From Oscillospiraceae bacterium (GTDB lineage: Bacteria > Bacillota > Clostridia > Oscillospirales > CAG-272): DNA of 43,229 nucleotides. Location: positions 1 to 43,229 of the forward strand of contig SVTB01000003.1 in NCBI GenBank assembly GCA_015064015.1. The letters are read 5' to 3'. Below the pieces are notes generated by a model. That model was not told the DNA's origin. It saw nothing but the letters and a program-made list of their open reading frames with translations, and did no database searches. A program made the position numbers and the translations under genes. Each line of letters opens with the position of its first letter. Position 1 is the stretch's first letter. Below are positions 1-7,795 of this stretch, piece by piece.

Positions 1-11
1 TTAGTGAGGCT

Positions 12-87
12 TGGCTGGGGCACTAGGATTCGAACCTAGGAAATGACGGAGTCAGAGTCCGTTGCCTTACCGCTTGGCGATGCCCCA
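12..87 (-). tRNA. tRNA-Gln, anticodon CTG, with encoded 3' CCA
   Basis: Reverse complement reads TGGGGCATCGCCAAGCGGTAAGGCAACGGA-CTCTGAC-TCCGTCATTTCCTAGGTTCGAATCCTAGTGCCCCAGCCA. It has a cloverleaf with anticodon stem ACGGA/TCCGT, T-loop GTTCGAATC and CCA end. Confidence 0.97.
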
Positions 88-105
88 ATATTTTCAACAG
101 ACGCT

Positions 106-134
106 ATTATAGCAGATGTCTGTCTGTTTGTCAA
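106..134 (-). promoter_or_regulatory. SigA-type promoter of tRNA-Gln
   Basis: Minus strand TTGACA (134-129), 17-bp spacer, extended TGn-TATAAT (111-106). Confidence 0.8.
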
Positions 135-199
135 GGGTTTTTTGGAAAAAAGTTGAAATATTTTTAGGATTATGTGGAATCGTAAGCCCTTACGCAGAT

Positions 200-1429
200 T
201 CAGGGCTTACGATTGTAGGATATCCGTTTTTGCGCTTCTTTAATCAGTTGCTCTTTGGTATTTTTTACAGGGTTCGAGAGAACGATTTCCAAAAGGGCTG
301 ACAGCATTTCACCCACGGCCCGTCCTTTGGGTACGCCCAAGGACATCAAGGTTTTGCCATCAATGGCCAGGTCGGAAAGGCACACGCAGTCTTCGGCGCT
401 TTCGGATGACGCGACCAGCTCTTGAAGAGCGCTTGTTTCCGCACCGTGGGCGGCGGCGACCAACAAAAGGGGAAGGGCGAGGGTACCGTATTCCTTACGC
501 AAGCGGCGGGCAGACAATGGGGAGATATCCGGGGGAATTTGCCCTTGGGAGAGGGCGCGGATGGCATGGGAGATTTCATTGGAAAGCTTGAGGCTTCGGA
601 TGTTTTCATTCAGTTGATCGAGGGGCATTTGCCACAAAAGGCAGGCGCAGCGAAGGGCGAAATCGGGCGGCAAGGAGCGTAGATTGCCTGTGCCGTGGGG
701 CGATATGCCTTCGGGCAGAACGTGTGGCATCAGGCCGAGCTCCGACAAGAGTTTTGCGCCTCGCGCAGGGGATGGGCTTTCGAGGATCTTTTGAAATTCC
801 ACGCTGATGCGCTCGCGGGATATGCGCGAAAGACCGTGTCCGCAATCCCTGAGGGCAGCGAGGGTGTCGGGGTGGATATTAAACCCCAATTTAACGGCAA
901 AGCGCACGCCGCGCAGAACCCTGAGGGCATCTTCGGTGAGGCGTGTATGAGGATCGCCCACACAGCGGATGAGCTTGTTTTTGAGATCGGCTTGTCCGCT
1001 GAACAGGTCGATGACGGTGAAGGTTTGACCGTCTTTATTCAACTCAGCGGCCATGGCGTTGACGGTGAAATCGCGGCGGGAGAGATCGTCGGTGAGGTTG
1101 CGCGTAAAGCTGACGCCATCAGGGTGTCGGCCATCGCTGTACCCCCCCTCGGTGCGGCAGGTGGTACACTCCACGGGGCCGTCATCGGTCAGTACCGTGA
1201 CTGTACCGTGGGCGATGCCCGTGGGGATGACGCGATAGCCCAAAGTCTTGCAGAGACTCATGGTTTCTTCGGGGATCGTGGTCACGGCCACGTCCCAATC
1301 ATGGGGCGTGATTCCCATGAGGGCGTCACGAACACAGCCCCCTACGGGATACGCGCCGATGCCGGCTTCTTTGAATCGAAATAAAAGGGCTTTGACCGCC
1401 GGTGGGCAGGGAAGGATGAAGTGTTTCAT
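200..1429 (-). CDS. cca: CCA tRNA nucleotidyltransferase (class II)
   Basis: Motifs VGGCVRD...DWDVA, DLSRRDFTVNAMA, EDALRVLR and ISRERI. ATG at 1429 with AGGAG RBS; the ORF-track extension to 1702 only reads through a repeat element. Confidence 0.9.
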   Translation of the reverse strand: MKHFILPCPPAVKALLFRFKEAGIGAYPVGGCVRDALMGITPHDWDVAVTTIPEETMSLCKTLGYRVIPTGIAHGTVTVLTDDGPVECTTCRTEGGYSDGRHPDGVSFTRNLTDDLSRRDFTVNAMAAELNKDGQTFTVIDLFSGQADLKNKLIRCVGDPHTRLTEDALRVLRGVRFAVKLGFNIHPDTLAALRDCGHGLSRISRERISVEFQKILESPSPARGAKLLSELGLMPHVLPEGISPHGTGNLRSLPPDFALRCACLLWQMPLDQLNENIRSLKLSNEISHAIRALSQGQIPPDISPLSARRLRKEYGTLALPLLLVAAAHGAETSALQELVASSESAEDCVCLSDLAIDGKTLMSLGVPKGRAVGEMLSALLEIVLSNPVKNTKEQLIKEAQKRISYNRKP

Positions 1430-1446
1430 GGTGGCTCCTATAGCGA

Positions 1447-1647
1447 TAAATTGTTGTTTATCAGGGGCTTTGCCCCTGAACCCCACCAAGAACCTTTTTG
1501 GAAAAAGGTTCTTGGAACTCCCAAAACTTTTCATAAAACATATATTTATCAATGATATTTTTCTTTTTTGAAAGTTCTTGGAGGTGGTTTGGAGGAACCT
1601 TCTTTCAAGAAGGTTCCTCCAAGCGTACCCCCATAAACAACAATTTA
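1447..1647. mobile_element. MITE/REPIN-like 201-bp element: two inverted hairpin arms bounded by 15-bp perfect terminal inverted repeats
   Basis: TAAATTGTTGTTTAT (1447-1461) and ATAAACAACAATTTA (1633-1647). Internal hairpins at 1461-1479, 1486-1515 and 1589-1622. The arms belong to a family that recurs at 32064, 32194, 33499, 33622, 34567 and 39887. Confidence 0.6.
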
Positions 1648-1667
1648 CGGAAACTGCACTTTTTCTT

Positions 1668-1765
1668 ATCATACCACGATCTCTGTCCCTTGTCAAGCGC
1701 AAACGGCTACTTCATGGAATTTCCTATAAAAAACTATTGACTTTCCAGCCGAACAGCAGTATAAT
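1668..1765. promoter_or_regulatory. Divergent SigA promoters for cca (minus) and iorAB (plus)
   Basis: Minus: TTGACA (1696-1691), 17 bp, TGn-TATGAT (1673-1668). Plus: TTGACT (1737-1742), 17 bp, TATAAT (1760-1765). Confidence 0.7.
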
Positions 1766-1828
1766 ATTAAAATAACCCTTATAGTATGAAAGGAAAACAT
1801 TCTGCAAAAGGGATGTTTCGATCGCACC

Positions 1829-3592
1829 ATGAAAAAACAACTGATGCTGGGCAACGAAGCCGCGGCGCGGGGGCTTTTTGAGGCGGGCTGCCGTCTCGTG
1901 TCCTCCTATCCCGGCACGCCGTCCACCGAAATAACCGAATTCGCTGCCGAGTACGACGAAGTGTACTGCGAATGGGCACCCAATGAGAAGGTGGCTATGG
2001 AGGTAGCGTTTGGCGCCTCGCTCAAGGGCGCACGCTCGGCCTGCGCCATGAAGCACGTGGGCTTGAACGTCGCCGCAGATCCCCTTTATACCATGTCCTA
2101 TACGGGTGTCAACGCGGGTCTTGTAGTTTGTGTGGCCGATGACCCCGGGATGCACTCTTCTCAAAATGAGCAGGATTCTCGCCATCACGCCATTGCTGCC
2201 AAGGTTCCCATGCTGGAGCCCTCGGATTCTGCCGAGGCGCTGGCCATGATAAAGGCCGCTTTTGATCTGTCGGAGCAGTTTGATACCCCTGTGATCTTCC
2301 GCACTTGTACTCGCATCGCTCATTCCCAGAGCCTTGTGACCCTTTCTGACCGCGCGGAGATCCCCCTGCGCCCCTACGTCAAGGAGCCGCAAAAGTACAT
2401 CATGGCACCTGCCAACGCCATCCGCCGTCATCCCGTGGTAGAAGCAAGAACCCTGGCACTCACCGAGTATGCTGAGACTTGCGCCCTTAACCGAGTGGAG
2501 CTTGCTGCCGATGGCAACACCACCCTGGGCATCATCTGTTCGGGTACTTGCTACCAGTATGTCCGAGAGGTGTTCGGCGATACGGTCAATATCCTCAAGC
2601 TGGGTCTGGTCAATCCCCTTCCTGTGAATCTTATCACGGATTTTGCCGCTAAGGTAGACCGGCTGGTGGTCTTTGAAGAGCTTGATCCGGTTATCGAAAC
2701 TCATTGCCGCAACATTGGCGTGAGTGTAGAAGGAAAGAGCCTGTTCCCTATGGTGGGCGAGTTCTCTCAAAATCTGCTTCGCACCGCTTTGGGTCTGCCT
2801 GTGTCTGAGACGGTGACCGCCGACGAGGCCATTCCCGTTCGTCCTCCTGTCATGTGCGCCGGCTGTCCTCACAGAGGCTTGTTCTACACCCTGTCCAAGC
2901 ACAAGGTGACCGTTATCGGTGATATCGGATGTTATACCTTGGGCATGGCCGCGCCCCTCAACGCCGTTGACTCGGTGCTGTGTATGGGTGCATCTGTGTC
3001 GGGTGTGCACGGTTTCAACAAGATCGGCGGTGCCGAGACCGAGAGCAAGACCGTGGCTGTCATTGGTGACTCTACCTTCATGCACTCCGGTATGACGGGT
3101 CTTGTCAATGTCGCTTACAATGCTTCGAATTCTACTGTTATCATTTTGGACAACTCCATCACGGGTATGACGGGTCATCAGCAGAACCCCACCACGGGCT
3201 ACAGCATCAAAGGAGATCCTGCTACCAAGGTGGATCTGGAAGCCTTTTGCCGCGCCGTGGGCATCGACCGTGTGACGGTTGTTGATCCCTACGATTTGGC
3301 CGCTTGCGAGAAGGTTATCACCGAGGAACTGACCGCTGAGGGCCCGGGTGTCATTATTTCCCGCCGTCCTTGCGTTCTGCTCAAGACCGTCAAGGCCAAG
3401 CCCGCCCTGACCGTGGACAAAGACGCTTGCCGTTCTTGCAAAAAGTGCATGAAGCTGGGCTGTCCCGCCATCCACATGGAAGGCGAAGGCAAGACCGCCA
3501 AGGCTGTTATTGACACCACTCTTTGCGTGGGTTGCGGCGTGTGCGAGCAAATGTGCGCCTTCGGTGCCATTCAGAATCAGGAGGGCAAGTGA
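1829..3592 (+). CDS. iorA: Indolepyruvate:ferredoxin oxidoreductase alpha subunit
   Basis: LGNEAAARG, YPGTPSTEI, NEKVAMEVA, MKHVGLNVAAD, RPPVMCAGCPHR, TPP motif GDSTFMHSG...LDN, and two C-terminal 4Fe-4S CxxCxxC motifs. Confidence 0.95.
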   Translation: MKKQLMLGNEAAARGLFEAGCRLVSSYPGTPSTEITEFAAEYDEVYCEWAPNEKVAMEVAFGASLKGARSACAMKHVGLNVAADPLYTMSYTGVNAGLVVCVADDPGMHSSQNEQDSRHHAIAAKVPMLEPSDSAEALAMIKAAFDLSEQFDTPVIFRTCTRIAHSQSLVTLSDRAEIPLRPYVKEPQKYIMAPANAIRRHPVVEARTLALTEYAETCALNRVELAADGNTTLGIICSGTCYQYVREVFGDTVNILKLGLVNPLPVNLITDFAAKVDRLVVFEELDPVIETHCRNIGVSVEGKSLFPMVGEFSQNLLRTALGLPVSETVTADEAIPVRPPVMCAGCPHRGLFYTLSKHKVTVIGDIGCYTLGMAAPLNAVDSVLCMGASVSGVHGFNKIGGAETESKTVAVIGDSTFMHSGMTGLVNVAYNASNSTVIILDNSITGMTGHQQNPTTGYSIKGDPATKVDLEAFCRAVGIDRVTVVDPYDLAACEKVITEELTAEGPGVIISRRPCVLLKTVKAKPALTVDKDACRSCKKCMKLGCPAIHMEGEGKTAKAVIDTTLCVGCGVCEQMCAFGAIQNQEGK

Positions 3593-3593
3593 T

Positions 3594-4166
3594 ATGGAAA
3601 CCAAGAATATCATGATCGTGGGCGTGGGTGGACAAGGCTCACTCCTGGCCTCCAAGCTGCTGGGTCACCTGCTTTGCGAGGAAGGCTATGACGTAAAAGT
3701 TTCCGAGGTGCATGGCATGAGCCAGCGCGGCGGTAGTGTGGTGACATATGTTCGCTACGGCGATTGCGTGGCATCTCCTATCATTGACAAGGGCGAGGCG
3801 GATTTTATTGTCTCTTTTGAAAAGCTGGAGGCCGCTCGTTGGGTATCTTACCTGAAAAACGGAGGCCGTATGGTGGTCAACACCCGCGAGACTGATCCCA
3901 TGCCTGTTATCACGGGTGCAGCGAAATATCCCCACGAGGTGCTGGAAGGGCTTAAAGCCAAGGGCATTATCATGGATGACATGGATGCTTTGGCGCTGGC
4001 CGAGGAAGCCGGCTCCGCCAAGGCTGTGAATATTGTTTTGATGGGAAGATTATCCTGCTATTTCCCCGAGATTTCCGAAGAAAAGTGGCTCTCCGCCATT
4101 GAGGCCTGCGTTAAGCCCAAGTTCGTGGAATTGAACAAAAAGGCTTTCGCTTTGGGTCGTGGTTGA
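3594..4166 (+). CDS. iorB: Indolepyruvate:ferredoxin oxidoreductase beta subunit
   Basis: GVGGQG, SEVHGMSQRGGSV and NKKAF motifs. ATG at 3594 immediately after the iorA stop, with GGAGG RBS. Confidence 0.95.
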   Translation: METKNIMIVGVGGQGSLLASKLLGHLLCEEGYDVKVSEVHGMSQRGGSVVTYVRYGDCVASPIIDKGEADFIVSFEKLEAARWVSYLKNGGRMVVNTRETDPMPVITGAAKYPHEVLEGLKAKGIIMDDMDALALAEEAGSAKAVNIVLMGRLSCYFPEISEEKWLSAIEACVKPKFVELNKKAFALGRG

Positions 4167-4230
4167 TAGGTAAGAATTTATTTGCTTGCATATACTATCC
4201 TTATCACGCATATACCAAGGAGTTTTCGAT

Positions 4231-5076
4231 ATGAAAAATCTCGCTTACTACAACGGCAAAATTGCCCCTGTTGAAGAAATGATGGTTCCTTTCAACGACC
4301 GTGTTCACTTCTTCGGCGATGGCATCTACGACGTAACCTACACCCGAAACTACAAGCCGTTCGCCCTGTCTGAGCACTTGGACCGTCTTTACGGCTGTGC
4401 CCATAAGCTGGACATTAAGATTCCTCACTCCAAGGAGGAGTTGACGCGCATCCTCACGGATCTCTTCCCTCGTCTGGACACGGGCGAGCAGTTTGTTTAT
4501 CTTCAAGTGACAAGAGGCACCCAGGACAGAAACCACACTTATCCCGAGGATCAGGTGGGCAATCTCTGGATCATGCTTCGTCCCGGCTCCCTCAAGGATG
4601 TCCGTATGGAGGTGAAGGCCATCACCACCGAGGACACCCGCTTCTTCCATTGTGATATCAAAACGCTCAATCTCCTTCCTGCCGTCATGTATTCTCAGAT
4701 GGCTGAGCGCGCAGGGGTGTACGAAACCATCCTTTATCGCAAGCCCGATCGCGTGACCGAGTGTGCTCACGCTAACGTGCATATCATCAATCAGCGCGGT
4801 GCGTTCCAAACGGCCCCCTTGGACAATCTGATTTTGCCCGGTATTGCTCGCGCGCATTTGATCAAGGCCTGCAAGGCTCTGGGCTATCCCGTGGAGGAAA
4901 CCCCCTTCACCTTGGATGAGCTGATGAATGCAAAAGAGGTCATCATCTCTTCTTCCAGCGCCATCGGCCTGCGCTGCGTGGAGATCGATGGTAAGCCTGT
5001 TGGCAGAGGTGCCGAGGAAATGCTTTATAACATTCAGGACTGGGTTCTGGATGAATTTATGAAGGAAACCAATTAA
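4231..5076 (+). CDS. dat: PLP fold-type IV aminotransferase, D-amino-acid aminotransferase-like
   Basis: DRVHFFGDGIYD, EHLDRL, YLQVTRG, RNH (equivalent to the DAAT R-x-H carboxylate trap), catalytic IKTLNLL and ILPGIAR. AAGGAG RBS before ATG 4231. Confidence 0.75.
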   Translation: MKNLAYYNGKIAPVEEMMVPFNDRVHFFGDGIYDVTYTRNYKPFALSEHLDRLYGCAHKLDIKIPHSKEELTRILTDLFPRLDTGEQFVYLQVTRGTQDRNHTYPEDQVGNLWIMLRPGSLKDVRMEVKAITTEDTRFFHCDIKTLNLLPAVMYSQMAERAGVYETILYRKPDRVTECAHANVHIINQRGAFQTAPLDNLILPGIARAHLIKACKALGYPVEETPFTLDELMNAKEVIISSSSAIGLRCVEIDGKPVGRGAEEMLYNIQDWVLDEFMKETN

Positions 5077-5119
5077 GCGCTCCTTAGATACCCAAAACAA
5101 AGAAAGGAAGTATTCCCCC

Positions 5120-7726
5120 ATGAAAAGAAACACCCGCATTTGGCTGACAGCTACCCTGCTGGCACTTTTCTTGATCGTAGGTCTTGTGGCTTGTACCCAA
5201 GGCCCTGAGGTGCCCGGTACTGATGCCGGCACCGACAAGGAGACTGTTGCCGAAACCGTACCCTCCCATGAAACGGGCGACGCAACCGAAGAGCCCGGTC
5301 AGGAGACAAACGCTCCCGTTGCCGGCACTGAAATGCCTACCGAGGAGCCCACCGAGATACCCACCGAAGCACCCGTTGAAGAAGAAACCGCTTTGGTCGT
5401 TGACTTCAATGCGCTTAACCTTAAATTCCTCAAAGGCTGTTTTAACGGTGCAAACCAGACAAACGTAGCTGTGGAAAGCGATGATGACGGTGAGCAGTAC
5501 GTAGCTCTTTCCACCAGCGTGGCCAACGCTACCGATCCTTTCGTTACCTTTAACCTCCGCAATTTCTTGTCCAGGGCCGACATGGAGGCTATCGAGGCTG
5601 ATGAATTTAATTACATCATTTTGAAGGTGCGTGCAAAGAATTGCTCCACCGGTACCTTTAACCTCTACTACTTTGCGGGCGGTGTCAGCGGTGCGACCCC
5701 CGGTATGGAAGCGTCTGCCGGCTTTGATGTCAGCGAGGAAGGCTGGCAGTATATCCTTTTCGATATGAGAGATAAGCCTTCTTGGACGGGCCAGGTTACC
5801 GGCTTCCGTATGGACTATATGATGACCGCCGTCAATGAGGGAGAGACTCTGCAGATTGCCGAGATCCAGTTCCTCGACTCTGCGGACGCTTACTACAAGC
5901 AGTTCGACGTGGATTGGGATGACAAGGGCTTTGATATTTCCGATGAGGATAAAGCCAAGGCCGAGGAGCTTTTGAACTCCACCCAGAAGCCCACCACGGG
6001 TTACGACAGCTACACCAAGGAGAATGGCGCCAACGAGGATGCCACACTCAAGCTGTGGTTTGACCATATGTATACCCGCGCTCCCCAGAGCGGATTTACC
6101 GTAAAGGAAAACAACATCTCCTACCTGATCCAGATGGCCAAGAACGAGACCGAGGGCTGCCAGTTTATCCTGGCTCCCGATGCCGACGTGACCGGTCTCA
6201 AGGTCTACATTACCGATTTCAAGAACGCCGATGGCGATACCCTCAAGACCGAGCTTCATTGGGGTTATTACTTCAATATTTTGGACCAGATGCTCATTGA
6301 TCCTCTGCCTCCCGTCAGCTATACCCCCGAAGAGGGTATGCTGGATTGGGTGAACGGCGGCAACGGTCGCGGTGAGGCCATCGACAACCTCCAGAAGTAC
6401 AACGGCTTTGACATTAAGGCAGGACAATCTCAGTCCTTTGTCATCAAGGCTACCACCACCGCGGATTCCAAGGCCGGTGAGTATGCGGCTACACTGACCG
6501 TGGTGGATGCCAACGGCAACGAGGTCAAGAAGGCGACCGTCTTTACTTACGTCTGGAACTTTGTGCTGGACGATGCTTCCTCTTGTAAGACCCTCATGGA
6601 TATGAGCGCTTATGAGGTTTACATGACCTATTTTGATTTTGCCGCCGATCTGTCCAACTGGAGAGGCGAGAATCTGGGCGAGGTTTACTATAACTTCCTC
6701 CTGGATTATCGCGTCAACTGCTACAGCCTGCCTTTCGAGAACGAAGACGGCTCCTTCTCCGATTCCCGACTCTTGGAATACCTGAACAATCCTCGCGTCC
6801 AGGCCTTCCAGCCGCTCGGTTGGGCTAAGGAGATCGTGCCTTGGAAGGTAGCCAATGCCTATGCGTTCCTGTCTCAAAAAGAGGAATGGCTGGAGAAGGC
6901 TTACTTCTATCCCGTTGACGAGCCCGGTAGTGTTAGCCGTCTGGACGATATCAACAACTACGGTAAGATGCTGGGAGAAAACTTCCCCGGTTACAAGCTC
7001 ATCGCCCCCATGCACGTCAACTATGCCACCTCTCAGGGCGACTTCTTCTCTTACGTCACAAGCTCCGTCAACGTATGGTGCCCCAAGACCTTCTTCTTCA
7101 ACACCTTTGCCGAGTGGTTGGACAATCAGGATCTCTACTATGGCACCACGCCTCAGCTGGAAGAAAAGCTGGATTCTCTGCGCGACCGTTTCTGGGCCGA
7201 GCAGGAGGGCGGTGACGAGGTTTGGTGGTATGTGACCAGATTCCCCAATGATCCTGAGATCACCCTGATCATCAATACCGAAGCAGTCAACATTCGTACC
7301 CTCTTCTGGCAGCAGAAGCTCTACAATGTGGATGGCTTCCTGTACTATCTCGTCAACCACTGGGGCAACGGTTCTGACCGTTATTGGATCCCCTCTGCCG
7401 ATAAGTGGTATCAAGGTATGGACGCTATGCACGAGATCAACGATGCCTACCCCTACGAAGTGTACGGTAATGGTATCCTCATCTACAGCGGTGTGTACTT
7501 TGCACAGACCGATCCCGTGGCTAGCCTCCGCTTGGAGTCCGTTCGTGACGGTATCGAGGACTTCGAGTACTTGACCATGCTGGAGGAGATCTACGGCAAG
7601 GACGTAGTAGATGCCATCATTACCAAGTGGACCACCGGCCTTGGTGAATACAACACCGATGCCGATGCCTTCCGTGAGCTCCGTGCTCAAGTAGGTGCTC
7701 TGCTGGAAAAGGCTTCCCAGAACTGA
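5120..7726 (+). CDS. Lipoprotein: T/E/P linker, beta-sandwich (CBM-like) domain and DUF4091/GH123-like glycoside hydrolase
   Basis: Lipobox LVA-C, acidic T/E/P linker, YPVDEP (DE pair), and the C-terminal DUF4091 signature SLRLESVRDGIEDFEYL. Confidence 0.75.
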   Translation: MKRNTRIWLTATLLALFLIVGLVACTQGPEVPGTDAGTDKETVAETVPSHETGDATEEPGQETNAPVAGTEMPTEEPTEIPTEAPVEEETALVVDFNALNLKFLKGCFNGANQTNVAVESDDDGEQYVALSTSVANATDPFVTFNLRNFLSRADMEAIEADEFNYIILKVRAKNCSTGTFNLYYFAGGVSGATPGMEASAGFDVSEEGWQYILFDMRDKPSWTGQVTGFRMDYMMTAVNEGETLQIAEIQFLDSADAYYKQFDVDWDDKGFDISDEDKAKAEELLNSTQKPTTGYDSYTKENGANEDATLKLWFDHMYTRAPQSGFTVKENNISYLIQMAKNETEGCQFILAPDADVTGLKVYITDFKNADGDTLKTELHWGYYFNILDQMLIDPLPPVSYTPEEGMLDWVNGGNGRGEAIDNLQKYNGFDIKAGQSQSFVIKATTTADSKAGEYAATLTVVDANGNEVKKATVFTYVWNFVLDDASSCKTLMDMSAYEVYMTYFDFAADLSNWRGENLGEVYYNFLLDYRVNCYSLPFENEDGSFSDSRLLEYLNNPRVQAFQPLGWAKEIVPWKVANAYAFLSQKEEWLEKAYFYPVDEPGSVSRLDDINNYGKMLGENFPGYKLIAPMHVNYATSQGDFFSYVTSSVNVWCPKTFFFNTFAEWLDNQDLYYGTTPQLEEKLDSLRDRFWAEQEGGDEVWWYVTRFPNDPEITLIINTEAVNIRTLFWQQKLYNVDGFLYYLVNHWGNGSDRYWIPSADKWYQGMDAMHEINDAYPYEVYGNGILIYSGVYFAQTDPVASLRLESVRDGIEDFEYLTMLEEIYGKDVVDAIITKWTTGLGEYNTDADAFRELRAQVGALLEKASQN

Positions 7727-7759
7727 TCAAAGCCCCCCACGAAGACGGGGGCAAAGCAA

Positions 7760-7789
7760 AAGCGCACAGCCCGATTGGGCTGTGCGCTT
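7760..7789. terminator. Bidirectional intrinsic terminator between convergent genes
   Basis: 13-bp stem AAGCGCACAGCCC-GATT-GGGCTGTGCGCTT with A-rich and T-rich flanks. Confidence 0.8.
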
Positions 7790-7795
7790 CTTTGT

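Noticed and set aside
12-200. tRNA-Gln as a possible island integration site
   Set aside because: No duplicate of the tRNA 3' end and no integrase were seen in the window. Its 3' side lies outside the window.
1430-1702. 91-aa N-terminal extension of the CCA enzyme in the ORF track, and similar extensions of argJ, argB and the SSS gene
   Set aside because: These read through repeat elements or the T-box leader. Downstream ATGs have clear RBSs and match family N-termini.
5084-7690. 868-aa antisense ORF mirroring the DUF4091 lipoprotein, and similar long shadow ORFs at 1724-3655, 10107-11159, 23712-24641 and 40426-41820
   Set aside because: They lie in the codon-aligned antisense frame of well-supported genes, where codon bias suppresses stop codons. 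They show no RBS and no recognisable motifs.
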